From positions 69,337,758 to 69,401,757 of the forward strand of contig JAUZTB010000127.1 of the NCBI GenBank assembly GCA_034780895.1: DNA of 64,000 bases. The letters run 5' to 3'. Positions within the stretch are counted from its first letter, which is position 1, and each line of letters opens with the position of its first letter. The stretch comes from Rhynchobatus australiae (lineage: Eukaryota). The position numbers and the translations under genes are program-made. This document shows positions 14,341 to 27,780 of the stretch, piece after piece. The notes below the pieces were generated by a model that ran no database searches, had not been told where the DNA came from, and was given only the letters and a program-made list of their open reading frames with translations.

Positions 14341-15707
14341 TCACACAAGGAATATCATGATTACTCTCTCTTCCAGGTGAGCTGACTGCATCTCATCCCC
14401 TTCAACTTGGTTCTCCCGGACTTTGGATCTGCTGTGGTGACCTGTAGATGTACTGCAACGGGAAGGATTAAAGATTTCGTATCCATACACGTATGGGTCA
14501 ATAAAGCACGTTTCCGGTGAGCGTCCCTTGGAAGTGGTTTGGTTTGTAATCCCGGCCCTCCTGCAGAAACTCTCTTCTCCTGAAACGGTGTCTCTTAGCG
14601 GTAGACTTTGCAGCCAAGGGACACACTCTCTCCCCATTCACCCCGTCCATTCTTTGCCGATCCTGACATCATTCAGCTCCCAACACACTGGATCGTTGAC
14701 GCTGGAGATATCAGTCTGATGAGGCTGAAATGGGAGTCGAACCGGGAGCTCCGGGTGAGACGCAGAATATGTTCTGCAAATGTGGACAGCCACTGTCATG
14801 GTCAATAGTGCTGCCAACCCTTACAACAGCAGAGGTCTTCACTTGACTGATACATTCTCTTGTACAGTTTTGCCCTCAAACCTTTGCTAAAAGCAACAAA
14901 AACTTTAACATATGATAGAACAATCTATATCATGAGATGGCCAAAAGAGATGATGCTTCTTAAAGTGAAGCCAAGCTAATTGAACTGCCCTCCGGAGGGA
15001 TCAATTTGTAAATGTGTGGAGCAATAATTAAACATTAAAATCAGGAAGCTCCATGTTTGTTGGCCTATCTCAGCTGTGATAGTGTGGGCCTGTTATAAGT
15101 GAATAGAGTATAGCTGGGTCTAATAATGACGTCTACTCGTCAATTGTTTTTGATCCATCATATTATTCTTCCTGCTGGAAAGCAGCTTTCTGTAGACCTG
15201 TTCTGGGATTTCATTCATTGCGATAGTCTTATTTGCACAGTAGAAAATGGTACAATAAAACCCTACTCTCTAACATGTGGATGAGATAGTCTCAACATTG
15301 TTATAAGTAGTTCTCTTATCCAAGTATTGGATGTAGATGAGTATTGGATGGAAAGCAAATGTCAACCTTCAGAAAGCTGTGTGGTAACTGGCACTTGGGT
15401 AAATGTGGGAGAGGGTGTTCTGAGATGTCTTGTAAGAGGGAAGGGCATTCCTGGATCCATTATAGAAAGTAGAAGTGAACTTGTTTGAGTCTCCAGTTTC
15501 CCAGAAGGTCATAACTCCTCAGCCTAGTGGGAAAGTTATGGTGGATGCCTTGATCAGGTCATGAACCAATAATGTCATTGGATCCTTACAATCCTATTTA
15601 AAGAAAGACCCTGATGACCTAGTTCCCTGTTCAAGGACTTATCTGAAGAAAATATTATTGTTTTAATTCAAAAAATAAAAAAAAAATTAAAAATCTTAAA
15701 GAAAATT

Positions 15708-15912
15708 TGGGCAGCACAGTGGTACAGCTTATAGAGGTGCTGCCTTGGTGTCAGAGACCAGGTTGTAGAGTCTGGGGGGAATTGGATGAGAATGTGGGGA
15801 GAATAAAAGAGATGAGATTGATGTAACGTTATTGTAAATGGATGGTTGATAATCGGCTCAGACTTGGTAAGCTAAAGGGCCTGGTTCAGTGCTGTATGTG
15901 CCTGTGACTCTA
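15708..15912 (+). mobile_element. V-SINE-like element (internally deleted)
   Basis: gggcagcacagtggtacagc head; aagggcctggttcagtgctgtatg...tgactcta tail. Confidence 0.7.
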
Positions 15913-17761
15913 TAAACTTTCAGTTACTGGGATTGATGTGCCTTAAAGACATGATAACATGAATCATTGTATCTGTCAATAAGCAAGCAGATATCATTTG
16001 GACCAGTAAGAATTTAGAATTTGTCTGATAACCTGTGCAAACATTCCCACCAAATGGAATTTAGTTAAACCCTTAAGTTTTAAGTTGCTCTTCCCCAGCT
16101 TTGATCTGGAAGCTCAATGAATCAGTATGTGCAAAGAAGCAGGAAAAATAACAAAAGCAGTCCAGTCATGCGATATGAAGGTAAAGAGTTATATTGAACA
16201 AAGATGATAAAAATTCAATTTAAGCCACATACAGTCCATCAGGTAGAGGCTGAGTTGTTTTTGAGAACTAGCTCTTGTTAATGACAACTTGGAAGGCTGC
16301 AAAAAATGAGCATGCCAGTGCAGCCCACCCTCTTTGGGGTGCCTCAGGAAGCCTGGCTGGTCGGCTCCTCCTCTGGCTCTCCTGAAAGAAAATTAAAGCT
16401 TGCAGACTGGGCTCCTTTTGGTAGGAACTGGAGCAGAAATCAAATTGATTGTAAACCCATTGGAAAAATAGCAAAATGTACTCCTTATCATAAATCAAAG
16501 AACTCATTAGGGTTAATGAGATTGTAGAGTGCGAACTGAAATTACTGTAATGAATTCCTGCACCTCAAGCCACAATTCATAAATTTTTCCATTTTAGTCA
16601 ATATGAATATTTGATATGCTGTAGTCACTTGTCTCATTTTACTTTACAGAAATGAAAAGTGGTGATGTGTGTTTCAAAGTGAAATGTAATGCTATTTTTA
16701 TCTTTTGGGGCTATTAACAACTGTACTGCTCATTATGGTTTAAAGTATTGAGAGTGCAATATAAAGAGTAAATAAAACATAGTTGTGGAAAACAACCGTT
16801 TCAATGCAGTCAAGAATACATAACTCTGTTGCTGTATGCTAACATGTGTAGGAGGGATTTTGCAAGCTTCAAGAACAGGCTGAGAAAGTGATGAGCTACC
16901 TTGCAGTTGCTCCAATGTATCTGTTATTCTTTACAACAGAAACTGTGAAGTTAGTGAGATGGTTTTGTTCTGTTTATCTTTACACACACACTTCCATATT
17001 ATCGCATCATTCATGATGTATTCCATCACGTGTGTTGTGCACAGTTTGAAAAGAACCTTTGAATAAACTAGACACACCTCGTCTGAGCTCCTCAGGTCTT
17101 GTGTCTATCAGTCCGTACACTGCAATGAACTTCATTAGAGGTTAAGAACCCATGGGAATGAGTACCTTACAGTCCCTATTTCTGTATGCTAGTAAGTGCA
17201 TCATTTTTGTGTTCTCTCTTTTAAGGTACTTTAAACATCTTTTTTATTTAGGCAGTATTTGAAATTCTGACTCGAAAGAAATGTTTAGTGGTATAAGAGC
17301 TGAATAATGTACATTGTCTAAAATCAAACTATACCATCTTCAATTTCCAGGTACAGATCTACTGACTTCAGATTGGAGTGGCTGTCTTTTNNNNNNNNNN
17401 NNNNNNNNNNNNNNNNNNNNNNNNNNNNNNNNNNNNNNNNNNNNNNNNNNNNNNNNNNNNNNNNNNNNNNNNNNNNNNNNNNNNNNNNNNCAGAAATCAA
17501 ATTGACCATCCATGGCATGAACTTTTATGAGTTAAATACTAAAATGGTAGTGATATCCTTTGTGTGTTGTAGTGCATGTGCATGTGTAACATTTATGTAT
17601 GATGCTTACACAAATGTACAGTGTGGTTAAAGAGCTGCAAACATCCAAACAGTTCTTTGTGAATCTTTGTGTTTTTCCATACACTGCATTGCTCAGGTTT
17701 GAAGTAAGGAACATGCATATGATAGACGCACACATGCAAGCGCATGTGCAGACATGCAGAG

Positions 17762-17790
17762 ACACACACACACACACACACACACACACA
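17762..17790. repeat. (AC)n microsatellite
   Basis: Perfect 29-nt AC run preceded by degenerate gcacacatgc units. Confidence 0.95.
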
Positions 17791-19879
17791 TCCTACATGA
17801 ATGATATCAGGTGTGTGAACCTTTCAGTTGGTACAGAGAATGCATGGCAATGCCTTTTTTTAAACAGCATAAAACATATTGGAAATTGACTGTATTTGTG
17901 AGAACGTGCCCCACAAAACAACACACAAGCTAAATGAATTAGTTCTGAAACTTGAACTATATTAGCAAATCTTTTAACACCATGGAATGCAAAAGATGTT
18001 TAATGAATAGTACAACAGTTACAGACTCATTTTAAGTGTAAACTGACAGAAATTTTGGAGACTTTTTGATTTCGAATTAGGAATCAGAAGTCAGTGAGAC
18101 TTGACACAGGAACCTCCTTAGGTAGCCTGTTGCAATCTCCATGAAGTAGTATCAAGGAGTGTTAAATGATATAATTTTATCCAATGCAGGGTGCAAATTA
18201 GACTGTAGTTTGGTCAAATACCAGCAATGAAGATTACAGTGAATTATTGAAAATTTTAGATGAGATTAAATTTTTTAAGGGTCATGGCAATTCGGCAGAT
18301 AGAACTACCAAAGATTGATGTTTGGTAATGCTTCTGTGAGGTGTTGATGGACATCCCTTCTGCATAAATACTAGTTATTGATCACTCTGCATTTCCAGAT
18401 TACCCTTCCAATGACTTAACTTCCATACTACCATATGCAGATACCACATTATCCACCCGGAATCCCAAATCCACATATCTCTGTAAGAGTTGATTAAAGT
18501 AATTCATGCGCACACTTGGACTTGAAAACATGCACAAGTAATATTTAATTTTGGATTCATATCCCAGAAGTATCAATGTTTGTCTCAAATGAATGTTTGC
18601 AATGTGTAGATAGTGAAAAAGGGATTGCTTTGAGCTTCATTCAAGGACACAAAGGGATGAATATTCCCGGAAAACATGTGAACTCCTCCTGAAACACTCC
18701 TTGATATGGTGGAGGTCAGGATGGGTGGGGTGGATGTGGTTTGGCAGATCTGCCCAAAGGACTCAGGTCCGTCATCTCCAGTCAGAATTTTAATGTCAGT
18801 CCAAATGGTCTTCCAGCTCAAAATCTTGCCCCTCTACTATGGTTAAGATTCAGCTTATAGTCTCTGACCTAGGAATCAAGAAATACAAGAAGTGAAATTA
18901 CTACTGAAACAACTTAGAATATCATTTTACTTGGGAAAATTGAATTTTTTTAATGGGTGTTGTTAGTGTAACAGAAACTGAAGACATTCAGTTGCTGTGC
19001 TGAAGACAAACTTAAGCACAGTAGAGCTTCAAAAATAATGCCTGGTTCCCTGTCAGTACATTTATAATGTGGACTCTGTTTTGGTCACACTGAATTCCAC
19101 TTTGTGTTCATTCTCATATCTGTAATGAAGAGTACTTATTGTAGATTTACCGGAATTGCAGACTTGAGGACAGAATAATAGAAGTGACAAGAATTGTCCN
19201 NNNNNNNNNNNNNNNNNNNNNNNNNNNNNNNNNNNNNNNNNNNNNNNNNNNNNNNTCAAGTTGTCAAGCACCTATCTTTGTAGATAGTAGAATTATTATA
19301 ATTTTAAAATAGGTTCATGTGAATTAAATAACTCCTTCTGTATCAGCACCCAGCTTTTAAAACTTAGGCTGCACATTTTTGACATGTCCACTTTTCACAA
19401 ATTAAACCATTATAAAGAATAATGAATAACTTTAGCATCCTTTTGATATTGAACAAAATAATTTAACACCACTGATGATGTCAAAACGTGTCAGGCTGTG
19501 GAGAGAAATCAGCCTACAAAAATGCCTTTGTTACTAGGAACTCGTGATGCTGAGAAATTGCATGACTCTTTGGGTATACGTACTCTTTGACACATAGAAT
19601 GGTCTGTTCAAATATGCTTTGTCTTGTTTACCATCTTTCTGAATGAAGATTGTTTTGTCCTAATCAACATCGGGTTAACAGTAACCTCAATTTCCAGTCC
19701 TATTTCCTGTAATGGGCTTGATAATGTCATGAAGTCTGAAGCTAATGTCTGAATGATAATGTCAAGAAAACCTGAAGCAAATTCAATCCTTTCTCAGTGA
19801 AAATCTACTGTATATATTTATTTATCTCTCCCTTCAAATATTTTACAATTCATTTACAAAATTTATTGGAGTTGCTCTG

Positions 19880-20060
19880 TTGGGGGCTGGATAAGTCAAT
19901 TAGTTACACCATTTGCTTCTTGCCTCTTGGACTAGGGATTTAATTCCAGTGACATGGAACGAAGGATCCCTTGCTGTGCTTATCCTATGTGGAATGTGTT
20001 TATGCAGTTTCTACCTAAAGCAAACTGCAAAACTAGCTATCTTACTGCTTGAGGCCACAG
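19880..20060 (+). mobile_element. Ancient SINE resembling LF-SINE
   Basis: gggggctggataagtcaattagtt tRNA-like head, gcctcttggactagggatttaattccag, cctatgtggaatgtgtt core. Confidence 0.4.
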
Positions 20061-23000
20061 CAATGCATGTTAGAAATAGCTCAGTAGTATAAAGAGGTGA
20101 TTTTTTTTATTTGAATTAGCAATTAAGGAAAATTCATGGGACTGTGTAAACACATCTGACTCACAATATATTTTCCTTGGCCAATTTGGTTAATTACTGT
20201 AGCTCATCAAGGAGGTAAAGAGAAGCATCCAAACAAATTAGTAGCATCTTGGTTACATATGTAAACTCGCACCTCCATCCCACTGCGTCTTTCATAAACT
20301 TCCTGCTGTGTGAAAATGCCACAGGGCTGAGAGATAGAATTGTGGTATGGACATATCAGTGTTTTCCAACCCAGTTCCTTCTGCTTGCCCCCAGTATCAC
20401 CAAAATGTGGTCAACCCAGGATAAGGAAACTTAATATCTTTAAATGTCTCTTTTGCTGCTCTCCACCCTGGTCTTGTTCTTCAGACTCTTTTGCTCATAC
20501 CAGGGCCTTTGGTGCTTTATCAGCTGTGCAGCAACAGTCCCTTTGAGGCATCAGCATCAATGAAATCAAGCAAGCCCTCTCATTTCCTCCCACAGAGGTT
20601 TGGGGACGGTGCGCGACAGAGGCGTGGNNNNNNNNNNNNNNNNNNNNNNNNNNNNNNNNNNNNNNNNNNNNNNNNNNNNNNNNNNNNNNNNNNNNNNNNN
20701 NNNNNNNNNNNNNNNNNNNNNNNNNNNCGCGACAGAGGCGTGGGCATTTTTAGTGTGTACTTCCATTTGAAAAGAGAAGTTGTTGGTGGGCATTCTTGAA
20801 GTAATGGTGAAAGAAAAGATTTCAGGATTCTGATGTAGCAATGATAAAAGAAAGGCAAAAAATCTCCAAGTGAGACAATAATTAATGAGTTAAAGTGGTC
20901 CCATACACTTACTGCACTAGTTTTGCTTTACTATGAAGACCACAAGGGAGAAAGTTAAAGTCACTTGGGCAATTCATTGCCAGATCATACAGAGTAGAGT
21001 CACATGCCTAGCAATTTAATCACTTCTTTTTACCAATATCAAATGGAACATAGATTTTTCTTTCTGGAACAAAATGTGATAACTACTATATCTTGGTCAG
21101 TTCACATCTCTTCAGATGTTCAACCAGTCCTTCAGAGAGTGAAACACCCTTGTACTTCTGAGAACTAAGTATTGATGTCATTCCCCATGCAGTGGTCCTT
21201 TTGGAGCATTGGGAGGGAACTTTCCTGGTATCTGGCTCTCCCAGGATAAGCTGGTTTTCTTCGAATAGTGTCACTCTGCCAGTTAAACTATTCACTCAGC
21301 TTTCACTTTTTGGCCCCCAACCACAACCTGCAGAGTATCAACTGCCTCACACCACATCTCGATCTCTGGCCCAAACTCTGCTTCTACCATGTTTTGGGAC
21401 TCTTTCTGCAAACCACTGGTCCTGTTCCCTACTGGCCTGATCTTTAACATAATCCTGTCCCCCACTCCCCCTGAGATTCACAGCAGAGGTACTTGGTGTC
21501 TCTCAGACCATCCAACACTATTACTATCTCCGATACCCACCTCGCCCTTTCCACATCGATCATTACGTTGTCACAGCACGGTCCTGATCAGCTGTCAGCT
21601 ATTCCATACCCCTAAACCTAACCTGGGAACAAACTAACAGGTGCTAGTCTCTCAATCCCAAAGCACACAATGCTTATTCAGTTCTGCAATTAAAATTTGC
21701 ATCAGGTGATTGAGGGTGTGGGGAAAACTGATCTGGTCATTGCCCTGCACCTTCCACTGCAATGCCACTTTATTTTGGATGCATTGGAACTATGCCCCAG
21801 TATATCATACATTCTCCACATAAAAATACAACAAAGTANNNNNNNNNNNNNNNNNNNNNNNNNNNNNNNNNNNNNNNNNNNNNNNNNNNNNNNNNNNNNN
21901 NNNNNNNNNNNNNNNNNNNNNNNNNNNNNNNNNNNNNNACAAAGTAGTTGCTAAACACAGGCCACAGGTAGGAACAGTAATGCAAATCCAGAAGAAAATA
22001 CCAGTTTTTATCAAGATCCTCAAAGACATTTTGAAATAACAGTTGCACTAATCTTCGCTTACACGGAGGAAGTAAAAGCTAGCTCAGATTTTGGAATGTG
22101 AATTGTATTAACTTCAAAGAGATCTTAAGGAAAACATCACTCCTGCTTCAGGCTGAAAGGAAATTGAACAACCCCAATAGTTGAAGAGTCTGTTCATGTT
22201 CAAAGCAGAGCAATTTCCTCTTGGCATCCTGTACTGGTCCAAATTTATAGCACAGCCAGGCAGAACTGAACTGAAAAGAGCTGATATTAGATTTGCTGAC
22301 TATAACTCAGGAAATGGATTTAGGAGGGAGCTCAAAACCTTGCTGGATTCTGATATGTCAGTATTGAAATCAACTAACTATGCTGAGACAATTGAATTCA
22401 TTTTTGATAGTTGTTTGCACCACAAGATAAAAAGCCACATAATCTTCTTCCTTTATTGACNNNNNNNNNNNNNNNNNNNNNNNNNNNNNNNNNNNNNNNN
22501 NNNNNNNNNNNNNNNNNNNNNNNNNNNNNNNNNNNNNNNNNNNNNNNNNNNNNNNNNNNNNNNNNNNNNNNNNNNNNNNNNNNNNNNNNNNNNNNNNNNN
22601 NNNNNNNNNNNNNNNNNNNNNNNNNNNNNNNNNNNNNNNNNNNNNNNNNNNNNNNNNNNNNNNNNNNNNNNGTAGTGATTGGAATTAATAATAGGAATAC
22701 AAAATATGAAATTTATCCACAACTCTGTAATGCCACTGCAACTGAAGACTAAAACTGGTCTGTATTCTTCTGTTTCCAGACCAATTTCCTTGGGTTGGGG
22801 TCAACTTGGATTCACAGAGACAACCAACTGGGATTTCCTCCATCAAACTGGAGCCTGCCAAAGCTCAGCTACATTATTTTGTTCAGTGCTGCAAGATCAA
22901 TGGCCACTTAATTAAAGGAGAAGCAGCCCAGGAAAGAGCAGCAGGCCTATTGCCTTGCAAGCTTTGAAAGAGACTGCATCACACCAGTTGTAGGTGATTA

Positions 23001-24789
23001 CTTATATGAAGGGAGATGAGTTAACTATAAAATCTTCTCCATGTGGGTCATGGAGCAATGATTGCTGCTACTTGGAGACTGGTACCACTTTCCTTGGGAA
23101 GTGGAGGTGAATAGATCCTAAAGGAAGGAACGTCTAACCACTTACAGGGCTGGAATACCTTTTCCCAAGAAATTGTTGAAGCAGAAACCAATGTGAAGAA
23201 TAGATGCATAGCTGGATCTGAAACTAATGGATATTGATGGGGAAGAACCCAGATAATGCATTTAATTTAGATTTCTCTGCAAAGAACAAAAAATGTTTCC
23301 TTTTACAAACTTGACCATGTACAACAGTGTAACACAAACACCTTTCACTTAAAGGAACTCTGTTAGTTGGAGCTATTGTGAAGTATACATTACTCCTGTC
23401 AGAAAAATAGGAAGGATTTGTTCAACTAAGAACTGTAGCAAATTGGTCAAACCAGTGATGTGGGCTATTTTTTTTAATGTGCCTTCCAATGAAACTGGGT
23501 GCTTTGGATCTGAAAGTACATTAAAATTCAAGAAAAAAAAACTTGATGTAGTTACAGAATATATCAGCAATGTCTGTTAGTGGGGCAATGACACTTCATT
23601 CCAGATTTCTTGGGTAGACATTGGCCATTCTCACACCACAATGCTAACTGTGTATCTACCTCAGTGAAAATGAGGAGCTGAGAAAATTCCACTTGGTTTC
23701 CTCAAGTACTTTACTCTAAATTGCTTTCAATACTTTTGCTCTATTACTTTGGTTCTAAATTTTCAGTTCACTGGTGTCTTTTTGTATCTTTGGGCCACAA
23801 TTTTGTTTTCATATAGAGTAGCTTGATGGGCAATAATGTTTTCAGAAATATTTCTGACACATCAAATGGGTGCACATTTTCCCAGTTAGTGCTCTTCTAG
23901 TACTTGACTGTTGTATTTCATTGTCATCATTATACAAGCAGTGGATTGAACTGAATAAGCAGTGCTTTTCAAAGAGTTCATTGGGAGAACAACTTATTTG
24001 TTATGATCAATGATGTTGACAGATTNNNNNNNNNNNNNNNNNNNNNNNNNNNNNNNNNNNNNNNNNNNNNNNNCTATCGATCAATTGGATTTATATTTGA
24101 ACAATAGTTTAATTTGTACTAATTGGCCTGGCCTTGAGATAGTTTCTATCTTTTGAACTGATGTAGGTAATGGACATCCTTGATGTTCTCTAGTAAGCAA
24201 TGTATATGATTCATGTTACTAAATAGGGTTGTGCTACACCAACATTACAACAGAGATTAAAACCCACAGGTTTTTTTTGTAGGAGAAGAAAGCTAAGAGC
24301 AAACCTATTCCACAACCAATAACTCCACAAACCAGTTTCTGTGCTCTATAACATTATGAATGAATTGTCAGCAATTCACCTGGTTTGTCACCAAATGACA
24401 CTCTCTAGTGAGTCCCAGTTCTAAACCTGGGAAATTAAAAAAAAAATAGAAATGATCTCTCTTAACTAGTTGGCCACTTGTACTTTTCCTCTGGTCATGC
24501 AGAATTATAAAAAAAAACTAATGGAAGAATAACTGGAAATATTTTTAAAGGCTGTGCAATTTAAAGAATTTGCAGTATATAAATAAACACATTTTCAACA
24601 AGACCAAATAAAATCCCCATAGCTGTTTAATCCTTTGATTAGACTCACTTCAAAGAGATCAATGAGAATATCATCCTACATTCTTAATACAAGTAACTGT
24701 GCAGATAAGCAGCCAGTGCTGATAAAGTGTCAGTGCTTTGTCTTTCTTTGCCTCGGGGACTTCAGACATATCGACTGTAGAACTGCTGG

Positions 24790-25215
24790 AGCTACTGGAG
24801 GTACAGCAGCGAAGGGGACAGTGACCTGGTTTTTACTGAATAAATATCTAGAGCCTTGGATGATTGATTTGGGGATATGCATTCACACCCTTGTGTGACA
24901 GCTGGGGAATTTAAATTGATTTACATATATTTGCAATTAAAAAAATTGGTAATAGTAATAAAACAGAAAAAGCTCCGGAGCCCCTTGGAGAGAAAAATAG
25001 AATTTGGGATGAGAGGACATTGACCTAAGATGATAACTCTGCTTCTATCTCCATGGATTCCAGCATTTTGTTTATTTTATTTCATAATTCCAGCAGTATT
25101 TGACTCTTAATTGCTTTAAAATGTCCAAGCAGGCCTCTCTGTTTCAGAACAATTGGGGATGGATAATAAATGCTGACTCAGCCAGTGACACGCATATCTT
25201 ATAAATGAATAAAGG
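24790..25215 (+). mobile_element. tRNA-head SINE interrupted by a Penelope-derived short insertion (~24960-25100)
   Basis: SINE tail gactcttaattg...ggggatggataataaatgctgactcagccagtgac...aatgaataaa; the insert has aaaacagaaaa...ccagcattttg ends. Confidence 0.55.
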
Positions 25216-26054
25216 AGAAATTAGTTTACATGAATAATGTGAAATAGTCTTTTGGAAAATCTGGTTTACTTTATTTTTAAATCTAAATTTCTATTGCATT
25301 GATATCACTGCAAAAGGTAATTGGCTACAGTGCAAAATGGGCTGCTTATTCACTAATGTAATGTATTTTGTGCTAACGTTTTCACACATTATCCTTTCAA
25401 GAATCCATATGCTACCTAATGTTATTGTGGATAGTCAGTGGAATTGCCACTTTGTAGCACAGTCTGCTCATTTCTCTTGAAAAGCATAGCCCTGGCTGTA
25501 ATACTTCCTCCTCTCAGACTGAAGGGATTAGGCAAACAACTAACTGGTAACAAATGGAACTGTACTCCAGTGCAGTTATCTCCAAGAAATGAGCTCTTCT
25601 GTGAAAAGGGCTGTTGCAAACTAATAGTATGCAAGATATTTGTAGGCAGGGCTAGGTAGACAATCCAAAATACTTCTGAGGATCACTCGTTAAAACATGG
25701 GCATCCTGAACTTGCTGAGAGCTTTTTGCCACTGTCATTCCAAATGTGCTCCTATATTGGACTTCTTATGGAATCTGCTGATAGCGTGTCAACCCTCTGC
25801 AGTTTCCAAGCACACATTATGAAATCTGAATGCTGAGCCTGTGCCAAGTCAGTTCTATCGCAGGGCAGCAATTATTGATTGTTCACGTTTTATTTTAATT
25901 CTTGTTTCAATCATGTTTTAATTTTGATTCATGTATCTTTCAGAATTAATTTAATTGGATGATTTTTAAATAGTTTTTTTAAACTATTTTCCATGTTCAC
26001 GAATATTTGTTATGTAAGAGACAGGCTCAGATATTCAAATCCTTTTGACAATCA

Positions 26055-26180
26055 ATGTGTTCTGATGCAAGGTCTTGACCCAACACATCCCCCCAAGGAT
26101 GCCGCTCGACCTGCTGAGTACCTCCAGCAGTTTGATTTTTTTGCTCCAAACTCCAGCAGCTGCGGTGTCTTAGGTCTCTG
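26055..26180 (+). mobile_element. Penelope-like terminal repeat remnant
   Basis: ctgatgcaaggtcttgaccc...gatgccgctcgacctgctgagtacctccagcag. Confidence 0.65.
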
Positions 26181-26884
26181 TCTTGACGATCAATAAACCT
26201 GGGGGTGGAGCTTTCAAAGCCCTTCTGCAGGATGCACCTTGACCAACTGTCAAAACCCTCCTGGGGTGCAGCTTTACTGGCTGTCAATGCAGGTACTATG
26301 GTGGAGCTTGCAAAGGAAAGACCCTGAGCTCCTCATGGCTTTGTCAATCAGGATCTGGCCTCAGAACAAGCTCAAGGGGCATAGGGGTGAGATGAGTGCC
26401 AGTGGCTCACTGCTGACTGAGAGACGTTCCAGACTAAATCATCCTACAGTTCAGGGACGCTAAGGGTGGGATGTTGTGCACCACTTTTAAATTATCTTAC
26501 AACACTTGCTCTTCAGAGACAGCATAGGGTGGGTTTAATCTGATTCACAAAACATATACTTTTTATCATCAATCCATCTATGTTGCAGCTCTTGGGACTC
26601 AATACTGAACTCAGCCTTTCCTGCTGTGTTGAGATGTCCTACCATTGTAAATATGTAATTCTGCAAAGTTACCAGTTAAATAACTGTCCAGTTCTGTTGC
26701 GAGATCACCCACCTTCAATATTCATAGTCTTTCTCACTCTACCTGATCTGCTGAGTACTTTTAATTCAGATATCCAGCAAACACTGTGTTCTGCATCTCA
26801 TCATTTCAGCATTTTGTTGTTTGTTTCTAACCAGCTTCATTCATCTCCCTGTATTCACACTCCTCCAGACAGATCAGCCCGTGA

Positions 26885-27015
26885 CTAAAAACATTTAGAA
26901 AGGTACATGGATAGGAAAAGTTCAGAGGGATATAGGCCAAACATAGGCAAATGGTTCTAGCTTAGGAAGGCATGGACAAGTTAGACCAAACTGCTGTGTA
27001 ACTTTATGACTCCAC
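26885..27015 (+). mobile_element. CR1 LINE 3' tail
   Basis: catttagaaaggtacatggataggaaaag...ggcatggacaagtt...tatgactc. Confidence 0.75.
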
Positions 27016-27059
27016 GACTGCCTATGGAATGGCATGGAAAGCAATTATGTCAACTGGAA

Positions 27060-27260
27060 AACCGTGGTCTCCATCCTATCATAAATATTCATTTTATTAT
27101 CTCCACCGCTCTCTGTCTCTGCAACTTGAAAACGAAGAAAACAAATACTTTTTCAGTTCTGATGAACAGTTAATAACCTAAAATGTTAACTCTTTCCCTC
27201 TCCACCAATGCTGCCTGGTCTGCTGAGTATCTACAGCATTTTCTGTTTTTATTTCAGAAC
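27060..27260 (+). mobile_element. Penelope-like terminal repeat remnant
   Basis: cagttctgatgaac...tgttaactct...atgctgcctggtctgctgagtatctacagcattttctgtttttatttcaga. Confidence 0.7.
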
Positions 27261-27379
27261 AGACTCTAATCTGCATTGGGGAGACTCAAAATCAGCTCAA
27301 AATTGCACAATTTCAATTCAAAGCATCTTTTTTCTCCCCCAAACTGCTTGCCAGAAAACAAAACCTATCATGTTGGAAT

Positions 27380-27780
27380 AAATACCAGGATCCCAAGTGA
27401 CCTCTTCATACTGAACATCCAGTGTACTTCTCCTTCTCATTCTTTTCCAATTTGCTCCCACCTACACTATTTACCTCATAACTACTGTCATCAGCAAGAC
27501 TTGATAAACAACAGTCTATTCAATTCATCCATACCATTGATAGACATGGTGAAAACTGGAAGTCCCAGTGGAGATCACTGGATCAAAACACTTGTGCTGT
27601 TCCACCAAAAGACATTCCTTTTGGCCTTTTCTCAATCTCCTATTTCCCCATCAGTCAACAGCTCACGATTGCCTCCAATTCCTTTTATTTTTGGAATTAC
27701 ATCAAATGCCTTTTGGATGTTCATATGAGTAACATCTACGTCTATCCATAAAGCTGTTAATTTCCTTAAAGACCGACATT
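27380..27780 (-). mobile_element. Decayed CR1 reverse-transcriptase fragment
   Basis: Minus strand reads VDVTHMNIQKAFD plus a degenerate QGSVLGP..F..YIND..KFADD region. Confidence 0.6.

Noticed and set aside
14365-14381. Polypyrimidine-CAG|GTGAG recursive-splice-like site
   Set aside because: It is on the + strand, antisense to MID2, so it cannot act in this intron.
17069-17107. Hairpin tagacaca...ctgag-ctc-ctcag...tgtgtcta
   Set aside because: Too short and interrupted for a pre-miRNA; expected by chance in 64 kb.
20612-20745. cgcgacagaggcgtgg repeated on both sides of a gap; similar duplicated flanks at 21831-21946 and 31642-31820
   Set aside because: Each flanks an exactly 100-N placeholder gap. 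These are most likely overlapping contig ends, not target-site duplications or real repeats.
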